Positions 37,512 through 44,645 of a stretch of 64,000 nucleotides of DNA are shown piece after piece. Under the pieces are notes generated by a model, which worked only from the letters and a program-made list of their open reading frames with translations, was not told the DNA's origin and did not search any database. This stretch comes from Clostridiales bacterium (lineage in GTDB: Bacteria > Bacillota > Clostridia > Christensenellales > Aristaeellaceae): NCBI GenBank assembly GCA_024684375.1, contig JAIKWZ010000050.1, positions 30,396-94,395 of the forward strand. Reading direction: 5' to 3'. Within the stretch, counting starts at the first letter, position 1. Each line of letters opens with the position of its first letter. Made by a program: the position numbers and the translations under genes.

Positions 37512-38990
37512 TTACAGCGCCCGGATGGACGATCTGAGCCGTTTGAGCGTTTCCTCCCGGCCCAGCAGGTACATTATCTCGAAGGCGCCGCCGGGAGTGG
37601 ACTGTTTGCCGGAGACGGCGATGCGCAGGGGCCAGAGCATCTGGCCGTTTTTGATGCCCATGTCGGCGATCTTCGCCATCACCGCGTCGTGCAGGGCGAT
37701 CTCCGTCCAGTCCTCCATGCCTTCAAGCAGGGGCAGCACGGCGCCTAACGCCGAGGCGGCGGTGGCAAGGTCGCTCTTCTGCTTTTTGTTCACGTACAGT
37801 TCGTTTGAGAATTCGGGCATCTCGGCCAGAAAGTCCACCATTCCGGGCAGCTGCGCGAAGTACTCCGTGCGGGGCTGCAACAGCTCGCACAGCCTCGCGT
37901 AGTCGAAGCGCGTTTCGTCCAGCACTTTATTGAGCCAGGGGCGGGCGTACTCAAGGTATTTTTCAGGGGAGAGCATGCGGGTGTACTCGGCGTTGAACCA
38001 GTTCATCTTCTGCATGTCGAATATGCTGGGGGACTTGCTCAAGCCTTCCAGGTCGAATATCTGCTTCAGCTCGTCCAGGGAGTAGATCTCCCTTTCGCCC
38101 CGGGGCGACCAGCCCAGAAGCACCATGTAGTTGATGACCGCGTCCACAAGGTAGCCCTGAGAAAGCAGGTCCTCGAAGCTGGGGTCGCCCTTCCTTTTGG
38201 ACATCTTGCGGGTGATCTCGACCGTCTCGCCGTTCTCGTTCACGGCGGTGTCCCGGCACATCACGGGGGTGAGGTGCACGTACACGGGCGGCTGCCAGCC
38301 GAAAGCCTCGTACAAAAGGTTGTACTTGGGGGCGCTGGACAGGTACTCGTTGCCGCGCATAACGTGGGTGATGCCCATAAGGTGGTCGTCAATCACGTTG
38401 GCGAAATTGTAGGTGGGCAGCCCGTCCGCCTTGATGAGCACGTTGTCATCCAAGGTGGAGCAGTCCACCTCCACATGCCCGTAGATGACGTCGTCAAAGC
38501 CCGCGCGGCCCGTAAGCGGCACGTTCTGGCGGATGACGTAAGGCTCGCCCGCATTAAGTTTTTCCTGTATCTCCTCAGGGGACAGATGCAGGCACTTCTT
38601 GTCGTACTTGAATGTCTCGCCTTTGGCCTCGGCTGCTTTCCTGGCCTCTTCCAGGCGCTCTTTGGTGCAGAAGCAGCGGTAGGCGTGGCCGGAAGCGATA
38701 AGCTGCTCGGCGTAGGGCATGTACAGGGGCTTTCTTTCGCTCTGAACGTAAGGGCCGGCAGGGCCGCCCACGTCGGGACCTTCGTCGTGCTCAAGCCCCG
38801 CGGTGGCCAGGGAATTATATATCACGTCCACCGCGCCCGCGACTTCGCGCTCCTGGTCGGTATCCTCTATGCGCAGTATGAATTTGCCGCCGTTTTTGCG
38901 CGCCCACAGATAGGTGTACAGGGCGGTCCTTAGATTTCCCAGGTGCATGTAGCCGGTGGGGCTGGGGGCGAAACGGGTGCGAACTTCCAT
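37512..38990 (-). CDS. gltX: glutamate--tRNA ligase
   Basis: RFAPSPTGYMHLGNLRTAL (HIGH), ILRIEDTD and KMSKRKG (KMSKS). Confidence 0.92.
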   Translation of the reverse strand: MEVRTRFAPSPTGYMHLGNLRTALYTYLWARKNGGKFILRIEDTDQEREVAGAVDVIYNSLATAGLEHDEGPDVGGPAGPYVQSERKPLYMPYAEQLIASGHAYRCFCTKERLEEARKAAEAKGETFKYDKKCLHLSPEEIQEKLNAGEPYVIRQNVPLTGRAGFDDVIYGHVEVDCSTLDDNVLIKADGLPTYNFANVIDDHLMGITHVMRGNEYLSSAPKYNLLYEAFGWQPPVYVHLTPVMCRDTAVNENGETVEITRKMSKRKGDPSFEDLLSQGYLVDAVINYMVLLGWSPRGEREIYSLDELKQIFDLEGLSKSPSIFDMQKMNWFNAEYTRMLSPEKYLEYARPWLNKVLDETRFDYARLCELLQPRTEYFAQLPGMVDFLAEMPEFSNELYVNKKQKSDLATAASALGAVLPLLEGMEDWTEIALHDAVMAKIADMGIKNGQMLWPLRIAVSGKQSTPGGAFEIMYLLGREETLKRLRSSIRAL

Positions 38991-39280
38991 ATTTGACTCC
39001 TTTGAAAGTGTGGTTAATTTATTCGCGGCAGTTTTATGTGTGTTTACGGGGAAACAAAGTCCAAAGTGCTCCGGCTATGATCCGCAGGGGCGGCTTTGCC
39101 GCCTCGAGGAGCGATTTTTGCGTCGGGAGCGCCGACGACCAGGGCAAGTAATCGCTTCATTGCGGTTTTTTCGCTTGGAAATTTCCGCAGAAATTTCAGA
39201 AAAAACTGTTATCCTGTCGCCTGATGGACGATGCTCTTGCGTTTATGCAGCATTCGCCATCAAAACTTCATAAATCCAAC

Positions 39281-39332
39281 CGCTCAAAATGAAAAGTGTT
39301 TCATTTTGAGCGATAGGCTGTGAAACAGCCTA
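39281..39332 (-). terminator. two hairpins directly after the glucokinase stop
   Basis: TAGGCTGT-gaa-ACAGCCTA (39314-39332, includes the TAG stop) and CGCTCAAAATGAAA-agtg-TTTCATTTTGAGCG (39281-39312). The following T content on the minus strand is only moderate. Confidence 0.45.
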
Positions 39333-40274
39333 TTTTCCTAACATCGCGGCGCCGATGATGCCCGCGTCGTTGCCCAGGGTGGCAAGGGCGATCCTGGCGT
39401 AAGGCATGGTCTTGTAGAACACCATTTTGGGCAGGGTCCTGTTTATTGCGTCAAGCAGGAACTGGCCCGCGTGGCTCACGCCGCCTCCCAGCACGATCAC
39501 TTCCGGGTCGATCAGGTTTATGATGCTGACCAGCCCTTCGCACAGGTGGAACACATATGTGTCGAACACCTTGACGGCGGTCTCGTCGCCCGCCTTGGCG
39601 GCGTCGATCACGATCTTCGCGGTGATGTCGTCCAGATTCCCGTTCACGTCTTTATATATCTTGCTTTCGGGATGTTCCTGCGCTGCCTCGCGCCCGCGGC
39701 GGATGATCGCGCCCGCGGAGGCGTACCTTTCCCAGCAGCCGCGGTTCCCGCAGGTGCATTCGTCCCCGCCGGACACGGTGATCATGTGGCCGATCTCGCT
39801 GCCAACGCCGTGGAAGCCGCTGTATACCTTGCCGCCCAGCACTATGCCGCCGCCCACGCCCGTGCCCAGGGTCACGAACACGCTGGAACTTTTGCCTTTG
39901 CTCACTCCCGCCACGCTCTCGGCCAGACCCGCCACGGTGGCGTCGTTGCCGATGAATATGGGCTTGTTTATGGTCTCGTTCATCCACTCCCTGACGGGCA
40001 CCTCGTGCCAGTACAGGTTGGTGCAGAAGGGCACGTGGCCGGTCACCGGGTCCTCGATCCCGGGCAGACCGATGCCTATGGCCTTGACTTCGTCCTCGCC
40101 GATGCCTTCGTCTTTGATGAGCTCCAGGCACAGGCGCGCCATGTCGTCCACTATGGGACGCGCGCCCCTTTCGACCAGCGTGGGACAGGTGGCTTTGCGT
40201 ACGATAATGCCTTCCTCGTCCACAAGTCCCGCTTTGATGCTCATGCCGCCCAGGTCGATGCCGATGTAATACAT
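39330..40274 (-). CDS. glcK: ROK family glucokinase
   Basis: MYYIGIDLGGMSIKAG, and the zinc motif GHM...CTCGNRGCWE. Confidence 0.85.
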   Translation of the reverse strand: MYYIGIDLGGMSIKAGLVDEEGIIVRKATCPTLVERGARPIVDDMARLCLELIKDEGIGEDEVKAIGIGLPGIEDPVTGHVPFCTNLYWHEVPVREWMNETINKPIFIGNDATVAGLAESVAGVSKGKSSSVFVTLGTGVGGGIVLGGKVYSGFHGVGSEIGHMITVSGGDECTCGNRGCWERYASAGAIIRRGREAAQEHPESKIYKDVNGNLDDITAKIVIDAAKAGDETAVKVFDTYVFHLCEGLVSIINLIDPEVIVLGGGVSHAGQFLLDAINRTLPKMVFYKTMPYARIALATLGNDAGIIGAAMLGK

Positions 40275-40292
40275 GATCTTTCCTCCGCTATA

Positions 40293-40850
40293 TCACTTTT
40301 TGTCCGGGTCGTTAAAGAATACGCAGCTGTGGTATGTGACGGTGTTCTTGCCGTTGTGGTAGCGAATGCCGCAGGTGGTCGCCAGCACGTTCACTTCCAC
40401 GCCGTAGCTCTCTATGGAAGGGTGCAGGCTTTCGGGAAAACGGCACGGGGCGTCGGGATAGGTGCAGGTCTTGCAGCGCCTGCAGCCCTCTGTAGCCAGT
40501 ATCATAAGGTCGTTTCCCAGTTTTTGCTTCAGCATGGCGATGATGCCCGGCTCCACGGCCATGTGAGCGTCCTTGCCCGCCATCATGCCCTCGAAGTCGT
40601 AGGAATCTTCCAGCTCGTGCCGGGTGGAGAACATGAACACGGTGGAATACGCCCGCATCTTCGCTTCGCAGTCTTCGATGGTGCCCACGCCCGGGGGGCA
40701 CGCCCAGCTTTTGCCGTAGGCGCCGCAGGCGTTCTTTTCGCAAAGCTGCCGCACCATGGGGGATACGCGTATCTCGCCCGTGGGGGCGAAACCGCACTCG
40801 TAGGCGCCCAGCCTGAGCGCTTCGTCCTTTATTTGCTGGCGCAGATCCAT
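40293..40850 (-). CDS. DUF2284 metal-binding protein
   Basis: CEKNACGAYGKSWACPP and CRRCKTCTYPDAPC cysteine motifs. Confidence 0.7.
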   Translation of the reverse strand: MDLRQQIKDEALRLGAYECGFAPTGEIRVSPMVRQLCEKNACGAYGKSWACPPGVGTIEDCEAKMRAYSTVFMFSTRHELEDSYDFEGMMAGKDAHMAVEPGIIAMLKQKLGNDLMILATEGCRRCKTCTYPDAPCRFPESLHPSIESYGVEVNVLATTCGIRYHNGKNTVTYHSCVFFNDPDKK

Positions 40851-40853
40851 AGG

Positions 40854-41768
40854 CTATTCCTTTCCGCTGAGTTTTTCCTGCCGGTTTATCAGCACGTCCG
40901 CGGCGGAAAAGCCCATCTGTTTAAGGCGCAGGTTGCGGGCGGCCACTTCCAGCACGATCGCGATATTGCGGCCGGGGTGGATGGGCAGCAGCAGGTAGGG
41001 GACCTTCACGCCCAGTATCTCCTGGGTCTGGGTGCTCATTCCCAGGCGCTCGTAAGAGGCGCCTTCCTTCCACAGTTCCATGTGCACCACCAGGTCTATG
41101 GACTTGGTGCGTATCACGCTGGCCACGCCGTACATGGTGTAAATGTCTATGAGCCCAATTCCGCGTATCTCCATCAGGTGGCGGATGGCTTCGGGAGCGG
41201 TGCCGCTCAAGCGCGTTTCGTTGACTTTTTTGATCTCAACCACGTCGTCCGCTACCAGCCGGTGGCCGCGCTTGACCAGCTCCAGCGCGCTTTCACTTTT
41301 GCCCACGCCGCTTTTGCCGGTTATCAGCAGGCCCACACCGTACACGTCCACCAGCACGCCGTGCATGGTTATGGTGGGCGCCAGTGCCTCGCGCAGGTAG
41401 TTGATTATGTCCATCTCCAGCTTGACGGTGATCTCGCTGGTGCGATATACGGGGATGGAGCGTTTTTTCGCAAGTTCAAGCATCACCGGCGGAATGGAAT
41501 GCCCGCGGCACACTATCACGCAGGGGAGCGCGAAAGAGAAGAACGTGTTGAGCCGTGCGCCGAGTGTGGCCTCGTCCAGCGTGTCCAGATACGCCATCTC
41601 CACCTTGCCGAACAGCTGGGGACGCTCGAAGGCGAAAAAGTCCCAGTAGCCGGTCAGCTGAAGTCCGGGGCGGCAGATATTGGCCTCGTTTATGGGCAAC
41701 TCGCCCGTGACGCTGGGGACGATGATGTCCAGCTTAAGCGCGGAAACGAGATCGGCTTCCCTTATCAT
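40854..41768 (-). CDS. hprK: HPr kinase/phosphorylase
   Basis: HGVLVDVYGVGLLITGKSGVGKSESALELVKRGHRLVADD. Confidence 0.9.
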   Translation of the reverse strand: MIREADLVSALKLDIIVPSVTGELPINEANICRPGLQLTGYWDFFAFERPQLFGKVEMAYLDTLDEATLGARLNTFFSFALPCVIVCRGHSIPPVMLELAKKRSIPVYRTSEITVKLEMDIINYLREALAPTITMHGVLVDVYGVGLLITGKSGVGKSESALELVKRGHRLVADDVVEIKKVNETRLSGTAPEAIRHLMEIRGIGLIDIYTMYGVASVIRTKSIDLVVHMELWKEGASYERLGMSTQTQEILGVKVPYLLLPIHPGRNIAIVLEVAARNLRLKQMGFSAADVLINRQEKLSGKE

Positions 41769-42571
41769 GCTTCAAGCTCCTTCATAAGTGTGCGTGCCAC
41801 GCCGAGGTCTGTGTTGGGGGGACAGACGGTAAAGCGGGGAGAGTAGGTTTTGACGCTGTCGGGTGCGTTTTCCATCACGAAGGGATATTTCGCCCACAAA
41901 AGCATGTCAAGGTCGTTCTGACCGTCGCCGAAGGCGCAGGTCTCATCCGGGGAGACGGAAAGCGACTTTCTTAAAAACTCCAGCGCCCCCGCCTTGGAGG
42001 TGGCGGTGCCCACGCACTCTATCATGTGCTTCTGGCTCTGCATAAGCGAGGCGCGGCCCTCGAACTTCTGTTTGAGCAGGGGCAGGGCTTTGGCGGCGCC
42101 TTCCGGGCTGTCCAGTATCAGCAGCTTCATGGGCGCTTCTGTGAGGCTCTGGGAGATGGGCTTGCCCGTCACCCTTGCCTTGACCCCGCACAGTTCCTCA
42201 TAGCCGCGGGTGAGGGAGCAGTAATACGGCGCGATGTAGCTCCCGCCCACGAAGGCGTGCAGGTACAGCCCCAGCTTTTCCGCTTCAAGGGCGATCTCCC
42301 GCGCGAGGTCCAGCTCCACGGGCGTCTGGTAGAGCACTTTGCCGCTGAGCAGGTCTACCACCGCACCGCCGTTATAGCACACGGCGGGGGCGTTCACGCC
42401 CAGTTTTTCGGCGATGCCCTTAAGCGCGGGGGGCATGCGTCCAGAAGACAGAACAAAGTACGCGCCCCTGTCCATGCAGGCCCGGGCGGCCGCGACAGTT
42501 TCATCCTCCAGCTCACGTTTGGGGTTTAACAGCGTGCCGTCTATATCCACGGCGATGAGCTTAAAGCGCAT
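41765..42571 (-). CDS. Cof-type HAD-IIB family hydrolase
   Basis: LIAVDIDGTLL motif I, SGR, and GDGQNDLDML motif IV. 4-nt overlap with hprK. Confidence 0.8.
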   Translation of the reverse strand: MRFKLIAVDIDGTLLNPKRELEDETVAAARACMDRGAYFVLSSGRMPPALKGIAEKLGVNAPAVCYNGGAVVDLLSGKVLYQTPVELDLAREIALEAEKLGLYLHAFVGGSYIAPYYCSLTRGYEELCGVKARVTGKPISQSLTEAPMKLLILDSPEGAAKALPLLKQKFEGRASLMQSQKHMIECVGTATSKAGALEFLRKSLSVSPDETCAFGDGQNDLDMLLWAKYPFVMENAPDSVKTYSPRFTVCPPNTDLGVARTLMKELEA

Positions 42572-42580
42572 GATCGCTCC

Positions 42581-43951
42581 TTACAGCTTAGTGAATTCGG
42601 TGACTGTGTCGGTCTTGTCGTACTCCAGGCTGTCCAGCCCGTGCGTCCCGGTCTCGACCTCACCGTTCTGGTTGTCGGTGGGATCGTAGCGCAAAAAGCG
42701 TTTGGGCGGGTCGAAATCCTTGTAATAGGCTCGGTTGGCCACCATGCGGAAGGGGTCCAGGTTGCTGAAGTAATAGTTCCAGCGCTCCTCGCTGCCGTTG
42801 CGCTTGGCGCCGCCGCCGAAGGAGGGATCTGCGAAGAGCCAGCCAAACTCGTCGGTATAGAACATCGCCCAGTCGTGGTTGCCTGTGGTCTTATAGCCCA
42901 CGGTGAGGCCGCTCTGCCAGCGGGCGGGTATGCCCAGTATCCTGCACAGGGTTATGAACAGCACCGCCTGTATGCCGCAGTCGCCCTTGAAGTTGACGGC
43001 GGCGTACTGGGCGTGGTTCTCTATCAGGCTGTAGGTGCGCATGAAACTGTAGCGCACGAAAGTGGTGATGTAGTCGTACACCCGCCGGGCCAGGTACAGC
43101 GGCCGTGTCTCGTCACCGGCGATCATTTTCGCCAGATTCGTGAGGTAAGGAGTGAACACTATGTGGGGGTACTGCTGCTCAAGATCTTCAGGCACGGGAG
43201 CGGGTACTAAGGGGTATACGATACGGGGCGCGTCCTCAAAGGGGCGCACGTACTTTAAGCGGGAGGTGTAGGAAAAGCGCACGTCGAAGGGAGCGTTCTC
43301 GCTGAGCGTACGCCTGTAGCATACCGTCCTTTGGTATGCGCCGGCAAGAGAGATATACGCGTCCGCGTCCGCGCTGATAACTATATCTTCCGCCGCCTGC
43401 TGAGCGGAGGGCGCGGGCACGGGTATGTGCACGGTGTAAGTTTCACCCTTCTCAAACGCGTCGTCCTCCACTTTGAATGAGGAGGTGACCGAGAAACGGT
43501 AGCCGGCTTCGCCATTTTGCTTTATCTCGGCGATGAACTCGTCCAGGTCGGGGGAATCCTTTCCGGAAGGGACAAGCTCGCGGTCCTTCCATTCCGGATA
43601 GAACTTGAGCAGCGAGCCCGCGAAGTGGGATACGTAGCGCTTTTCGCCCCTGACGAAAATGTAGTCCACCTGGCCTTCCAGTTCCGCCTCGTCAAGCTCC
43701 GCTTCCGTAAAGCCGCTTATGCGCTTTTTGGCGACCTCCAGCGCGGCTTTCCGGTCGTATGGATAGCGCTTTATGAGCCGGGGCAGGGTCTGCTTCTCAT
43801 ACTCCAGCCGCGCTTTGAGCATGGGATTCGTGCGCGGTGAAGCGAGCTTGCGCTCGATGAGGCGCAGGCACAAATCGAATTCACCGGCGTTTTTGGCTCT
43901 TAAAATGTCTTCGGGCAGTGGTATCAACAGGTTCTCGGGATGATAGAACAT
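42581..43951 (-). CDS. transglutaminase-like domain protein
   Basis: Catalytic-core pattern NFKGDCGIQAVLFITLCRILGIPARWQSG...NHDWAMFY...FADPS (Cys-His-Asp). Confidence 0.75.
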   Translation of the reverse strand: MFYHPENLLIPLPEDILRAKNAGEFDLCLRLIERKLASPRTNPMLKARLEYEKQTLPRLIKRYPYDRKAALEVAKKRISGFTEAELDEAELEGQVDYIFVRGEKRYVSHFAGSLLKFYPEWKDRELVPSGKDSPDLDEFIAEIKQNGEAGYRFSVTSSFKVEDDAFEKGETYTVHIPVPAPSAQQAAEDIVISADADAYISLAGAYQRTVCYRRTLSENAPFDVRFSYTSRLKYVRPFEDAPRIVYPLVPAPVPEDLEQQYPHIVFTPYLTNLAKMIAGDETRPLYLARRVYDYITTFVRYSFMRTYSLIENHAQYAAVNFKGDCGIQAVLFITLCRILGIPARWQSGLTVGYKTTGNHDWAMFYTDEFGWLFADPSFGGGAKRNGSEERWNYYFSNLDPFRMVANRAYYKDFDPPKRFLRYDPTDNQNGEVETGTHGLDSLEYDKTDTVTEFTKL

Positions 43952-44598
43952 ACGCGCCTCCTGATCTCATCCGCCAGTTTTTCCACGCCGTCGCCGCTTT
44001 TGCAGCACAGGGGAAACACGGGCAGGGACGGGTTTATAACCGCAAGGTTGTGCTTAAGCCGGTCAAAATCGAAGTCGAACGCGGGCATGGTGTCGCACTT
44101 GGTGACGCCCAGGATATCGCTCACCTGAAACATCAGGGGATATTTGAGGGGCTTGTCGTCGCCCTCGGGCACGCTCAGCAGCATGAGCTTCAGCTGCGCG
44201 CCGGTATCGAACTCCGCGGGGCACACCATGTTGCCCACGTTTTCGAGGAATATCAGCCGGGGCAGGCCGTCACCGAACGCCATTAAGCCCTCCAGAGTCA
44301 TTTTCGCGTCCATATGGCACATGCCGCCGGTATGCAGCTGCACCGCTTTCGCCCCATGCATGGATACAGCCCGGGCGTCCACGTCGCTGTCCACGTCCGC
44401 TTCCATGACGCCGATGGAGAACCCGGTTTTAAGCTCGTCGATGAGTCGGCACAGCAGCGTGGTCTTGCCGGCGCCGGGGGAAGCCATAAGGTTCACCAGA
44501 TATACGCCCTTTTCCTTGAGGAAAGCGCGGACTTTTTCTGCGCGGGCGGCGTTTTCGGCCTCTATCCCCGCGCGTACATCCAGAACAGGAATCGTCAT
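43924..44598 (-). CDS. hypB: hydrogenase nickel-incorporation GTPase HypB (G3E family)
   Basis: SPGAGKTTLL P-loop, the GGMCHMD metal CH motif, ENVGNMVCPAEFD and TKCD. No N-terminal CxxCGC or His stretch. Confidence 0.85.
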   Translation of the reverse strand: MTIPVLDVRAGIEAENAARAEKVRAFLKEKGVYLVNLMASPGAGKTTLLCRLIDELKTGFSIGVMEADVDSDVDARAVSMHGAKAVQLHTGGMCHMDAKMTLEGLMAFGDGLPRLIFLENVGNMVCPAEFDTGAQLKLMLLSVPEGDDKPLKYPLMFQVSDILGVTKCDTMPAFDFDFDRLKHNLAVINPSLPVFPLCCKSGDGVEKLADEIRRRVCSIIPRTC

Positions 44599-44645
44599 AG
44601 CGGTCAGTGATCAGTAGTCAGAGGGCGGCTGCAACGGCTTTCGCG

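Noticed and set aside
38991-39329. T-box leader upstream of gltX; the 58-nt gap before hisS at 51835-51892 was also checked.
   Set aside because: No AGAGA/GNUGGUACCGCG-type T-box sequence or specifier-loop architecture is visible on the minus strand. The hisS gap is too short for a T-box.
39471-41846. A 791-aa plus-strand ORF. Similar long ORFs lie at 1946-3124(-), 14231-15541(-), 31538-33118(-), 33295-34317(-) and 46023-46820(+).
   Set aside because: All are antisense to genes with clear family signatures (glcK/DUF2284/hprK, flavin reductase/methyltransferase, proC, gcvPA, gcvPB, flavoprotein). They are rich in His/Ala/Gly/Val/Arg, as expected for the reverse frame of GC3-rich genes, and they lack an RBS. 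They are typical high-G+C shadow ORFs.
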